Assembly: GCA_013265495.1 (NCBI GenBank)
Contig: MU057822.1
Location: 299,852-363,851, forward strand
DNA: 64,000 bases
Direction of reading: 5' to 3'
Source: Vicugna vicugna
Taxonomy: Eukaryota
The notes under the pieces were generated by a model, which searched no databases, was not told where the DNA came from, and worked only from the letters and a program-made list of their open reading frames with translations. Shown one piece after another: positions 24,520 to 37,769 of this stretch. Both the position numbers and the translations under genes were made by a program. The stretch's first letter is position 1; each line of letters opens with the position of its first letter.

Positions 24520-27500
24520 TAGGCTGCCCATTTTTAAAAGTCTCAAAGAGGCAACTCCTGATCCACCATAGTGCTGGTACATAGTAGGTGCTTCATAAAT
24601 GCTCACAGAATGATTGTTTATGTGGAGTATTTACTGATGCTGTAGTCTTGAAAGACTGAAGCTCTTGAGCGAAAGGTTGGCTAGAATATGGTGTGATTGA
24701 AACCAAGGTTAAAGGATTCACGTTGCTTCATGGAATAAGAATCTACATTCTGTAGCCATAGGCTTCCCCTGTGAAAACCTGGAAGCTGTCTCTTGGGCAG
24801 GTGGGTTGTAGCTGTAGCCAGCAGATTGAACTAGCATGCTAAGGTGTCCTCTGGCCATCCACTCAGTTGACTGAGGCAAAGGCAGGTGAGTGACAGATGT
24901 TCTTGCTGTTGGCTTCTATGGAGGACAAGGTTAGGTCTTCCCTTCTAATCATTTGTATTTCTCCTAGAGCCTAGTACTATGCCTGTTCCACAAACCTGTT
25001 TACTGATAGTAGTTTCAAAGGCAAATCTGACTAAGAAAGTAAAAGACTGAAGCCTTCTCCTTGCACTTTCTGGATCTGGTATGCTACAGACACTTGTAGG
25101 CTTTGTTTAAATCTTCTGAAGTAAAATACCACTTTTCTGGGATCTCTTTCCTTGCGCTAGCTTAAACCAGGTGGTCTTGCTCTGTGCTCTATTTGTATAC
25201 CCTGTCAGAGTGCTGTCACGTTTTATTGACTTGTCTTGTTTAATTGCCCATCTTACCCTGTAACTTTGTTTAAAAAAAAAAAAAAGTGCCGAGATGATTT
25301 TCTTTGCCCATGGCACTGCATAGGTGCTTAATAAATTTTTAATGAACTCCTGGGTTGTACAGTTGTCTTCTTAACAGAAGAAAATCTTTGAAAAAGTCAC
25401 TGAATGAACAAAAAAATTGCAGCTCAGTTGGTCTTCTATCTAAACAATGGTATTCCCAGAGCAGTCTGTGAGTGACTTGGGGAGGTACGTGCCTGGGGCT
25501 GAACTTTTTCTCCAAGCCAGTCATCCCCATACCTGGGATCGTCTTAAAAGGACTATACATTTCCTGACCTCACCCCAGAGCTCTTGAATTTGATGCTCTC
25601 TCTTTAGTCAAACTGCCTAAGTGATTCTTACGCAGCTAGTCTGGGAGTAATGTCATCAGGCGTGGTCTGAGGCAAGAGATGGATAGGCTTCTGGTCCTGG
25701 GCCTGTCCCCTTCTACTCCTCATTCATTGTCTGGGAATGGAACCAAAAGAGATGCTCTCTAGGTTCCTTCCCTTCCTAAAGTTTCTGATATAGAAAAAAC
25801 CTTACACTTGGGTGTTAGAAAATTATTTATTTTTCCTCCTGCTTTTAATTGTTTTCCCAAATCTTTATAATTTGTGTAAAACAATAGATTTGCTTTATAA
25901 GTGCCTATCGATTTAAAATTCAAATAATATTATAAGGCTTATAACAAAAGATAAGTTTTGCCAGACTACTTCCCACTCTTCTCTGTTTACCTCTAAGTGA
26001 TAATACTTACACTGCCATTCATTAGTTATAGATATTGACTGACTTTTCCTGGGGTGGATTAGGAGTTACCTCTTTGGGAATATTTTTTTAAGGGGCAGCT
26101 TAACTTGTACCTCTTCCAAATGAATAACAGTGATTTTTTTTTTTTAACAAGTGATGATTTTTTAAAGCATGTTAGGCTTTACTTTTGGTTTGGGAATTGT
26201 CAGTGCGGACTTGTTATCTGAGGTGATGCAATATTTCAAGTAGCTTGTTCAGTATTTAGCAGTGTTTCTATTTCTGTTTTTTCTCTTGTTCGTCATGTCG
26301 TACTTTTGATAATGTCCTGTTGATTTGCTATGACTTGATCAATTTTAATTCCGAGGTCAATAAAACATTTGAAACCCATTCATTCTGCTTTTTTGTGACT
26401 CAAAACCAAAAATGTTGTGTAAACAGTTATAAAGTTTAAACTACTTATCCAGTAATTATGTAATTGTGGAATGCAGAGGGAGGAGAGGGTGGAGGAAATG
26501 CTGACAATTTTGAGTGCATGTGCCAATTACAGTAGTTTCACTTAAATTCACGACAGCACTGAGAAGTAGATCTCCCCTGCTATGTCAGATATAAAGAAAC
26601 TGAAGCTTAGAGAGATGAGTTGCCCAGGGTCCCCACAGCTAGTGTACTGAAAGGATCTGGATCCCCATCATTGGGGTGCCAGAATCCACTACAGGTGTAT
26701 ATCAATTAAAAAAACTGTTTAATTGAAGCATAAGATACATGCAGAAAGAGCAAATCACTAGTATAGAGCTCAATGAATTACCAAAATAAAACATGAATGT
26801 AACCATCCCTAAGTTAAAGAACAACCAAAAAGGGTGTTACCAGCTCCCCAGAGGGCACTCTCATGTGCCCTCCCAGTTTCCACTCTCCTGCCATTCCTCC
26901 AAAGACAACCAGTAAGGCGACACCATGGATTCATTTTGCTATAAGTAATAGCAGTTTTTGAACAGAATTTGATGTCACTCCTAATTCGTTATGTCCTTTT
27001 ACATTTTGTTATCATACCTAGATAATCAGGGCCAGTTTTTCTTTACAGAGGCCCATCAACTCCATTTCTTTCTCTACAGGAAAAAAAAAAAAGAGTGTAA
27101 ATTTTGTACAGTTACATGAACTTACTGCTTTGTGTTAAATTTGTCCCCCTTTCAGGTAAATAATTGCAATTTCTTGGCTATTTAGTCTGAGTAACTTCAG
27201 AACTCTTCAAAACCAACGACTGACTAAATTTGTTGCACTGGAATAGAAGTGTAGCTCTGAGTCCTGCTGAAGTGGTTTTGTGTAATTGTAAATGCTACTT
27301 AGATTTTTTAAATATTATAATAGGATCATTGTAAGTACTGGTTTCCTTTAGCCAGTGTTTGTTTGTTTTAGCAATATTTGGTTTAAATATTAGTAGGCCA
27401 AATAATCGCAGTATTTTGAAAAAAATTGCCTATAGGAATTCTCATCTGATATGTAACTCGTGAGCACAGTGATCAGTTTAGCAGCTATAAGCAAATTTTC

Positions 27501-29714
27501 ACCTTGCAATTGCCTTCTTTATTTTCTCAGGAGTACTGGTGTTCACCTGAGGCATCTAGTTTTTTGACTCCAGGCATTTATTTAATGTGGAGCCTCTAGA
27601 TGAGGGGAAGAAGTTCCCTATTATAACTATGAGGAAGACAGGCTATTAGTTTTTAAACGAATTTCTCTCTATTTTTTAGTAACTATGAAAATAGAACATG
27701 TTTGTTACAGAATACCTGAAATGTGCAGGACAGTGCAGAGGAAAAAAATCTCTCATAATCCCACCTCTCATTGAGACCTGCTCATATTTTGTGGCATTTA
27801 ATTTGCCTTTTTACTCCTCATGTGTGTGAATGTTTATATAATAAAATTGGAATTGTAAAATATATTTAGTTTCACAGCCTCCTTTTTTCTGTTAATATGT
27901 TATTCTTTGAATATGCATACTTAGTATTGTGTATTTCTTTGAAAACATTAATAGTTGCATGGTAGCTTCAAACTCATGCACTGCTTAGTTTGTTTAACCA
28001 TTTCTGAGTTTTTGAACCATTTTCCCCCCATGTTTATAAAGAATTAGTTGTTGGGCACCAGGTAGGGGAGGGATGAAGCTGAGGAAAGGAAAGGAATGCT
28101 CTTTTATGAAACTGGTTCTACTTGTTCAACTGAATTGATCATATATTTAGAGCCTCTGTGTGTCAGGCCGGGTGGTAGGCTCTGAGATGCAGGTGTAAAT
28201 CCTTTCACTTTGGCCATCAGATGTGTTGAGTGAGGGCCTGAATTAAAGTCTGAGTGAGATGGGGATACAGAAGATGGGAAGGATTCCCAAAGATGTTTAA
28301 AAGGGAAAGTCAGGTTTTGAATTGAGGTAGAGTTGGAGCCATGTCAGTGAGTGGGAGACATCTAAGAATCCTGTCACATTTCCTCTTTAGATAACTAGGG
28401 TAGATGGTGGTGTCATTTATTAATATAGGGACCAGAGTGAATTTAATGTGCCATGGGCCATTGGGAGAAATATCAGGTGGGCAGATGATTAGATGGAGCT
28501 AAGACGGGAGATCTGGGCTAGAGAGATGGAACTCTGGATCACTGGCACTAGATCTTGGTATCAACCACAGACCAGAGTTCTGGTATAGCTGCCTTGGGAG
28601 AATGTACAGTTGAGAAGAGGGCCAAGGATAGACACCCCTAGGGAGTGTCAGTGGTCAGGTGTTGGCAGGGAGGCAGAGAAGCATGTGGAAGAGACAGAGA
28701 ACTGGAATTGGAGAAAAGGTGGCATTGTGGTTGCTGGGAGAGGACAGGAAAAGAGGGATGGACAGCAGTGCCCTGTGCTGTGTTGCAGAGGTCCGGGAGG
28801 AGGACTGCCGGCGAGTGTCTGTTGGGTTTGGCAGTTAGAGGGTCATCAGTGAGAGGAGCTTCAGGGGAATGGTGGGTGAGAAAATGTGTGTGGCAGCTGG
28901 AGATGGAAGGGCAGAGGTTGTCAGATGTGTGGAAGGAAAGTTTTGTTTTATTTGATAGAGACAGGTTTATGTGCTGGTGAGAAGGACCCAGTTGAAAGAG
29001 ATTGAAGTTGCTGGAGAAGGGACAGTTGATGACAAAGCAAAGGACCCGGGGAGAGTGATGGGTTTGGGACAGAAGTGGAGGGAAGGTTGGCTCGGAGGGA
29101 GCGTCTTTCTCTGAGAAAGCATGGGGTGGATGGGAGCAGTCGCTGGCCTGGTGGGAGTTGTTGGCTGTAGCTCAGTTTTCTCAAGACATTGGCTGAAAAT
29201 GAGGCAGATTGGGTGGGAGATGGGCTTGAGGGCAGTGTCAAGAATTGGAATATCTGTGGTGGGGAGAAGGGTGAAGAGACTGAGGCCCAGGATTGAGAGA
29301 ATGACTTTAGCAGCACTGTGGTTCCATAGTGAGAGACCATGATTTATGCATGGTTGTGTGAATCCCCACCAAGATGCCAGATAAAGGAAGAGACACATTT
29401 CTTAACTGTTTGCTTCCTCAGGGAAGCCTTCCCTGACATCTTTGTTGAGGTGTTCATAGCTCTGTTCTTTCCTTCTAGTACTCTTTGCCCTTGTTGTTTT
29501 GCATTTGATTGCTGCGATTGTTATTGTAATTATAAAAGTTTACTTCCCCCAGTAACTAAAAACTCTAAATGTTTGTTGACTAAATTAATGAATTGGATAC
29601 TGTGGTTCTGAGCCTTTAAAATCTGCCCCAGCACACCTCGGGAACATGACTTGCTTCCATCTGAACTGTTCCTGACTGCCCTGATCCTTCCTGAAGTAGG
29701 GCAGCTGTCAGGTC

Positions 29715-29960
29715 ATGTTGGGTAATGGTTAATAGATCATGGGCCCTGGAATGAGAATGCGTGGCCTCCTAGCCCAGCCCCTTCTCTCACCAGCTTTGTG
29801 ACCTTGGGCAAATTCTTAATCTCTGTGCCCCAGTGTTCTCATCTGTAAAGTGTGGCTAGTAATAGTACCTACGCCATGGAGTTGTCATAAAGCTCGCATG
29901 AGAATTCATGTAAAGCTTATAGAACAGCGTGTGACATGTGGAAGTTTGTTATCACTACTA
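29715..29960 (+). mobile_element. MIR SINE (representative; others near 6090, 17910, 26500, 31050, 40470, 54390, 57810)
   Basis: MIR core tgtgaccttgggcaa...tctctgtgccccagtgttctcatctgtaaa. Confidence 0.8.
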
Positions 29961-30214
29961 GTGCTTTGAAAAAAAAGCCTCCCAGGTGATTTCGATAATC
30001 TTTCCTTGAGACTCCTGGCTTTATGTATGGCAAAGGATTTGCAGGGCAGGTACCTGTTAGCATCTTACGTGCATCTGTTCCTTGTCATGTATTGAATATT
30101 GGTCTTCAGGGAAACTGAGAAGAAATCCCTGGACCATGATAGCACCTTGAAACAAAACCATTCTTGGTCTTATAGGAGTGTCAGTAAGAAATAGTAGGAA
30201 ATGTCATGTGACTA

Positions 30215-30439
30215 CAGTTGACCCTTGAACAACGCCAGGGGCTAGGAACTCCAACCTCTTTGCACAGTCAAAAATCTGCATATAATTTATAGTCGGCCTT
30301 CTGTATCCTTGGTTCCTCCATATCTGCGGATTCAATTAACTGTGGATGGTGGAGTACTGTAATGGTGTTTACTGTTGAAAAAAGTCTGCATGTAAGTAGA
30401 CCCGAGCAGTTCAAACCCTTGTGGTTCAGGGGTCAGCTG
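30215..30439. mobile_element. MER8-like TcMar-Tigger MITE
   Basis: TIRs cagttgacccttgaac / gttcaggggtcagctg flanked by TA duplications. Confidence 0.85.
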
Positions 30440-30544
30440 TAATCATTTTGGTAGCCCTCCTAGCTGTGGGATGAGGGATTAGTGAATCCTGTGTGCTTTA
30501 CACCTGCCATGGTAAGTAAATGGGATTCTTTGTTCCCCTTGCAG

Positions 30545-30737
30545 AAGAAGTGGCCAAGTTGGAGAAGCACTTGATGCTTCTCCGACAAGAGTATGTCAAG
30601 CTGCAGAAGAAACTGGCAGAGACAGAGAAGAGATGCACTCTTCTGGCTGCGCAAGCCAACAAGGAAAGCAGCAATGAGTCCTTCATCAGCCGCCTGCTGA
30701 CGATCGTGGCCGACCTGTACGAGCAGGAGCAGTACAG
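30545..30737 (+). CDS. ANKFY1: ANKFY1 exon 2 (N-terminal coiled coil)
   Basis: ccccttgcAG|AAGAAGTG...TACAG|GTGAG; 193 nt; encodes EEVAKLEKHLMLLRQEYVKLQKKLAETEKRC...LYEQEQY. Confidence 0.97.
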
Positions 30738-32812
30738 GTGAGCTCCTCACACCGCACCAGTTTTGGGGAGCAAGGCCGAATTGGCTTTATTGCCAGGCCG
30801 CCTTGCAACTTCTGTCTTACTGGCTTTCTTCCCCAGTTTACTTCTCTCTGATATTGACAAATCTTTAGTCTCTAGAATGTGAGCCCTTGAGGCAAGATTT
30901 TGTCTCTTGTTTGCTGCTTATCTTCAGCACAGAGTATGAAAGTCATGGTGATAACATCGCTAACACAGATTGGAATTACCTTACGGGTCCAGGGATTCAG
31001 AAGGAGAAGTGTTCTCGGGCGGGTTGGAGGAGTCTTGGAACTAGCGGACAGTATAGCATGATGTTGAGGGTGGACTCCGGAGCCACACAGCTGGCCACTT
31101 CCTGGCTGTGTGACCTAGCGTTACATGCCATGCCTCAGATTCCTCATGTGTAATATGGGGATGATAATTCTACTGTTTACCTTAGGGTTGTCATGAAGAT
31201 TAAATGAATAAATACTGTTTAGGCACTTAGAACAACAGTGTCTGGCATGTAATAAGTGCTTACTTTTTAGCTGTTGTTATTAAGTGAATTTTGAGGTAAA
31301 TTTTAAAGGCTGAGTAGGATTTAATAATAAAGTCAGTGATATTACTGGTAGAGGGAGTGGCTGAAACACGGGAACATGTGGAGGATTTAGAGGACAGTGA
31401 GGGGCCATGTTAGGGTACATGTCCATGTAGGGGAGCACTGAAAGAGGTGGGAAAGGTAGGATGATTGCATTGGGATGCCAAGGTGAGGAATTTGGACTTG
31501 ATCCTCTAGGAAGTGTGGAACAGTGTTTTTTTTTTTTTTTTTGAGTTATAGGACTGTCATAATCAAAGTGGTGTTTTAGGGAGATTAACCTGATAACATC
31601 ATACAAGTGAAGTTATAAAGAGACAAGAGCAGCTTTGATGTTGTTGCAAACAGTTTGGACCAGAACTGTGGAGGACTGACCTGAGATGATAGCAGTGGAT
31701 GTGGAAAAGAAACATGGTCATGAATGTGCATGAAAGGGAGGATTTGGCTCCTGGGGAGAAGGATGATTGGACTAGATAAGAGTTAGTAAAATTCCAAAAT
31801 AAATTAGGACATTTAGAATAGATCAAAATCCAGAACTGCTGTCCACTGTTGTAATCATTTCTAAAAGAAAAGAAAAAAATACCAAAAGAATAGGAAGTAT
31901 ATACTCTGAGTAAAGGACAGCCCTTTCTTTAAATCAAATAGGTATAGCTACTTGTGAAATATAGTTCATTGTCTCTTTTTCTCCTCTTTTTTTCCCCATG
32001 GACAAGTGAAAACTTTGTTTCCACTGGTCCCAGGAAGCCTGCCGTGTTTGTTACAGACACATCTCTCCCACTGTCCAAGGCTCTTCCCTGTTAGGATTCC
32101 CATCGTTTACTTTCTCAAATAGTTAACAGTCGATTGCATTCATTATACTGTGGTCCTTCTAGGAGATGGTGGGAATGAGACTGCGCAGTTTTCTCTTCTG
32201 GCCATTTTTTACCTCGCAGCTATGGTATGATCCCGTGGTTCTGGTGAATTGATGATCAGTTAGGGCATGGAGACTTCAGATAGGACTTAGTTTTTGAGAT
32301 GGAATAACTGAAATTGTAATATCAATTTCTAAAGCAGATGCTCTTTGTTCCATAAAATACCTTTGTTCCATAAACGTGCATTTTGTTAAAGAATTTAAAT
32401 AGTATTTTTATGTGAATTTCAGTAACTGGAGTAATTGAAGACTCAGTGTTAAAATTTTTAAATTGAGCAATGTGGAAGAAATTATTATGCTCTTTTATTT
32501 TTACTTAAAATCAGGAGAAGGATTTTGTACCATAAGATAGTTTAAAATGATGGTTATATGTAGTTATTTACTACATTCATTCTTTTAACAACCAAACTTA
32601 TAATTTTTCCTATTAACGCACTTGATTGAGACACTAGCAAGAAGCTCTCTGTTAATGCTTCATCTCCAGTAACACCCTAGTATCCATGTTTTAAAAAGAA
32701 ACGTCTTTAATTGACTAGAATGAGCTTCTAAAAAAAATTGCTAGCCTCCTAATTGTTTCTGGATAGAGTCCTCATAGACTTGACCCTTCCAATTTTCCAG
32801 TTTTGAATTGTA

Positions 32813-32940
32813 TTTTTTTTCTTTTTTGGGGGGTGGGTGGGTAATTAGATTTATTTATTTATCTATTTTTTAATAGAGATGCTGGGGATTGAACCCAGGA
32901 CCTCGTGCACACTAAACATGAATGCTACACCCTCCCCCCC
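32813..32940 (-). mobile_element. tRNA-Ala-derived SINE
   Basis: gctggggattgaacccaggacctcgtgcac head plus gtaattagatttattt tail. Confidence 0.85.
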
Positions 32941-33357
32941 TTTAAACTGTACTTTGAAAACTTATTATTAGAAATTATTAGTGAAATCCTTGTCTTTATT
33001 TCCCTTTGGGTTGTTAGACTACAAAAGAGAAAACATTTTGACCTGACATTGTGAATGTGGTAAGAATTTTACAGGAACGTTCATTTATATAATTTTGGGG
33101 CTAAAGTCAAACTTGTGGCAGAAAGAGTAAACAGTAAATACTCATTTAAGTTTTTAAAATTTGATACCTTATAAGTAAATTTAGAGTTTTAAAATTATTT
33201 GTGCTTTGTAAATAGCTAGCTTCCTGTTTTCATTAAATTTTTAAATCTCATCATAGGATATGATATGAGACTAGAGTTTTATGTTCTGCTTTAAATGGGG
33301 TATCAATTCTTTTTCTTATCTGTTTATTAATAGTATTATGTGTTAACAGTATTTTCT

Positions 33358-33829
33358 CTATTTTTTTTATTGAAGTGTGATTGATTAACAATGTGATTTT
33401 CAGGTGTATAGCAAAACGATTCAGTTATATTATACACACACACACACACACACATATATTTTCATGTTCTTTTCCACTGTAGCTTATTATAAGAAATTGA
33501 ATATAGTTCTGTGTACTATACAGTAGGTCCTTATTGTTTATCTATTTTATATATAGTAGTGTGTATCTGTTAATCCCAAACTCCTAATATATCCCTCCCC
33601 TACCTTTCCCTTTTGGTAACCATAGTTTGTTTTCTGTGTTCTGTGTCTGTGAGTCTATTTCTGGTTTGTAAATAAAATTTGTATCTTTTTTTTTTTAGAT
33701 TCCACATATAAGTGATATCATACGATATTTGTCTTTCTCTTACTTCACTTAATATGATAATCTCTAGGTCCATCCATGTTACAGCAAATGGCATTATTTC
33801 ATTCCTTTTTATGGCTGAGTAATATTCCT

Positions 33830-33880
<51 letters not shown>

Positions 33881-34385
33881 CTGAATCGTTTTGCTATACA
33901 CACAAACACACATACACACACAACATCTTCTTTATCCATTCATCTGTCAGTGGACATTTAGGTTGTTTCCATGTCTTGGCTGTTGTAAATAGTGCTTCTG
34001 TGAACATTGGGGTGCATGTGTCTTTCTGAATTAGAGTTTTCTCTGGATATATGCCCAGGAGTGGGATTGCTAGATCATATGGTAAGTCTATTTTTAGTTT
34101 TTTAAGGAACCTCTATACTGTCCTTCTTAGTGGCTGCACCAATTTACATTCCTACCAACAGTGCAGGAGGGTTCCTTTTTCTTCACACACTGTCCAGCAT
34201 TTATTATTTGTAGACTTTTTAATGATGGCCATTCTGACTGGTGTGAGATAATACCTCATTGTGATTTTGATTGGCATTTCTCTGATAATTAACGATATTG
34301 AGCATCTTTTAATGTGCCTGTTGGCCAGATGGATGACTTCTTTGGAGAAATGTCTGTTTATGCCTTCTGCCCATATTTTGATTGG
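33358..34385 (-). mobile_element. 5'-truncated LINE-1 (~1 kb)
   Basis: Antisense L1 3' UTR and ORF2 end (MPFAVTWMDLEIIILSEV in ORF track). Perfect 16-bp TSD gttaacagtattttct at 33342-33357 and 34386-34401. Confidence 0.93.
33833..33872. repeat. (GT)n microsatellite
   Basis: About 20 perfect GT units inside an L1 fragment. Confidence 0.95.
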
Positions 34386-35590
34386 GTTAACAGTATTTTC
34401 TAATGATTTGTAATAGTAAGTCCCCTGTTATTCTTTTGATCTAACATAATAAGTTGTACCTTGGTTACTTCTTTAATAGAACTAGAACTGTTGATACACA
34501 TACTTAATTATAAAGTATATTCTAGACGATGCTTTTGTGGAGTAAAATGTGTCTGCATCAAGCATTATATGAAAAGAAGATTCTGTTTGGAGCTCCTTTG
34601 AAGTGGATGAGTTAATTCATGTAATAGGTTTTTTTTCTTCCTTCCTACCTTTTTTCTTTCATTCATTCTTTCTTTCTTTCTGTTATAGTTTTTGTGTATT
34701 TAGTTTATAAAGGCTTTCCAACCTAACAAATTATTTTAAAGGGGAATATGAAAATTAAAAAAAAAACATACAAATACGAGCAGGATGATGATGATTGGTG
34801 ACTGTGGACTGCTGCCAGCATAGCCATATGGCACGTGCTTATGTCAGCCCGGTGGGTCACCTTACGTTTTTGTTAACTGGCCAGATGCTTTCCTCCTTTA
34901 GCATTTGATATTTCAGAGTTAAATATACGTAGCTATTTGGAAACTTCTTTTCGTATGTGGTATGTCATACATATGGAAACATGTTTAAAAAAACATTTCT
35001 TTCATGTCTTTATAAATGGCTGAGTAAAAAATGGCCAATAATAGGTCTGAATGTTTCTGGTGAGAATGGGAGTCTGGATACCGCGTTTCCTATTCTTGAC
35101 TGCTTTGTCAAAGCTAGTTTGTTCATAGTTTTTTGTTTAACTTTGGAGCATTAATATAGTATGGAGCGTATCTGCATTGTAGTCTCAGAGCTGTCATCTT
35201 TAAGCTTTCTGTCTCTCCCTGATGATTTATCTTGATTTTTTTTCCTGCATTAAACCTCTTCTACTTTTTATACAAATATTAATCATCCTATGTATCTTGT
35301 ACGTTCACTGCCATGGAAGTGACATTAGGGAATGTCTTTGAAAGCAAAACATCCCATGTGAACTAAAGCTAGAAGTTAGAAATAGAAAACATGTGTAGCA
35401 ACATGTTATAAATATGACCCATCAGAATTCAGTGCTAGGATAGAGAATTAATTTTGCTGTGATTTTTTTTTTCTTTGCAGATGTATGTTGGTTCAGTCAA
35501 TTCTCATATATTTATCAGCTGTTGAATCCTAACTATACCTAGTTGTGATGACATTTTTCTTCTTATATCTGTGGGTATTTTCTTCATCAG

Positions 35591-35709
35591 TGATCTGAAG
35601 ATAAAGGTTGGGGGCAGGCACATCAATGCTCACAAGTTTGTCCTGGCGGCCCGCAGCGACAGCTGGAGTCTGGCCAGTTTGTCTTCCACCGAGGAGCTGG
35701 ACCTGTCAG
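35591..35709 (+). CDS. ANKFY1: ANKFY1 exon 3 (start of BTB/POZ domain)
   Basis: ttcatcAG|TGATCTG...TCAG|GTGAG; 119 nt; SDLKIKVGGRHINAHKFVLAARS is a typical BTB motif; phases match neighbours. Confidence 0.97.
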
Positions 35710-37624
35710 GTGAGCCTCTGACCAGTTCGGGACTCAAAACTCCCAGCACAAGAGGACTTGGCAGAAGGTTATGGTGTGTCATTTTGAAATATTTGTGGTT
35801 TAATGAAAGTAGAATACTTTTCTTATCAATTGATGGTGACCATAAACTAGTTAAATAATTAGTGAATCAGTAAAGTGTAGTTTTTGGATACTTTTGTTTA
35901 ATGTATGGCCAATAAGTCATAAATATCTTAGGATCTACAATATTCTTTTAATGTATAAAATATGAATATCTGTCCAGAAACTCTTTTCATGTAATAGTAT
36001 ATTATAAATATGGGAGCATGTATAGAAAAACATTTTTCTTTTACTCCAGGAAAAAGTCCTGCTGTTCAGTTGCTTAAAATTGAATCATAACTGCCAAAGT
36101 ACTTTTCCTGGACTTTAAGAACTGAATTCAGAAGTAACAGTTACTCCAAAGAATATAAATATTTTGTCTTTAACATCAAAGGACGACCATCAGTCTTCAA
36201 AATTTGAATAGGTGCATTGAGCTATTTAATGTTTTTATTTAATTGTTTTATGCCACAATATGCAGTGTAGAATTTGGGTAAATATAGTGGTTACATAGAC
36301 ATAAAAGCATCATTTTCAAAAGTTGGTTTCAAAATTGCATTTTCATTTAGTACTTGCCTAACTACTGCTTAAAAAAAAGCAGATTTTAAATTTAATTCTG
36401 CTATTAATAGTCAGAGAATTATAACATACGGTAAGGAGCGTACCCAGGAATTAAGATATGAGTTACTTGCAGAAGTGATCGGCTGTGTGAAAAGTCTGCT
36501 GAATTATGTCTTTGTTCAAAAGGTTTGCCAGTTCAGAAGGTACTGTTTTCCTATGTGCAGTGCTAGGAACGCTGAGCTATAACACCGTCCTTGCCATACA
36601 GAGCTCATTCTGTATCGGAGGAAATGGACTAATGAATCATTTAAGGGCAGGGTTATATATGCAGTGGTATAATTGCTTGATGTCTAAGGTACAGAAGAGA
36701 CTAACTTGGGCTGGTAAGGAAGATGTCAGTGGCTAACACCCGAGCAGTGTTGCCCAGGTTAAGTAGGCATTTATCTCAAGAATTTAGGGGAGTAGGTGTC
36801 TGATGCTTCTCCACTATTAGTGAACTCTGTCTCTTTATGATCATTTCTAGGGTTTAACCTGAGGTCCGAAATTCATAGTTGTAAACACAAACAGAAAACA
36901 TGCATATATATGTGCATGTGCATTCATGCCTATAACTAAAACATATACGTCGGAAGCAGTCCTTGCTGGAAGGGCACCAGTCTGTGTGATTGAAATCTCT
37001 GAGCAGAGTTTGTCTTTTTTAAAAGTATAATCTTTTGAAGCCATGTATTTTTCACCCCAGATAATAGAACTATAGATAACATTTAAAACCCATTAGATCA
37101 TGAGGTATTCTTCATAGAATGCATAATAGGATCTTGATTACATGAGCAGATAGTTTTCAAAACTAGAAAAGATAATAAAATGTTGCAAATATTGAACTTT
37201 ATTAGAAAAAAGTTTAGAATAAGTTACCATCTTTTGATACTTACAGTAGCAAAAATTGATGATCCCAGTAGTTGTGAGGCTCATGAAATTGACACTTGCA
37301 CATTGCCAGTCACATGGTAAATGGGTATGATGGTTTTAGAAAGCAGTTAGGCAGCTGAACTATAAAGTTTTACTTTATTTTTTGCCTTATCCTCTGACTT
37401 CTGCTCAGATGGATTGTGTCATAGGTAATTTAGACAGCATAGGTGTTTATCATAGTTTTATGTATAATTGTGAAATACTGAATACAACCAATATGAATGA
37501 GGCGGAAAAATGAAATGTGGCTGCTCCTCAGAACAAACAAAATTACATAAGAACACAGAAAATTGCATTAATGTATTTAAAAGCTTAATTTAAATACTGA
37601 ACTTAAAATTTGCTTTTACTTTTT

Positions 37625-37769
37625 CCATTCTTTTTAGTTTTTTTCTTTTTTAAGGGGGAGGTGATTAGATTTATTTATTTGTTTATTTTTAGAGGCGGTA
37701 CCCGAGATTGAACCCAGGTCCCTGTGCATGTCAAGCAAGCTCTCTACCACTTGAGCTATACCCTCTCCC
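37625..37769 (-). mobile_element. tRNA-Ala-derived SINE
   Basis: gagattgaacccaggtccctgtgcatg...ctaccacttgagctataccctc. Confidence 0.87.

Noticed and set aside
28610..29398. Cluster of 73-143 aa ORFs
   Set aside because: Purine-rich degenerate L2-like sequence with no recognisable protein or exon structure.
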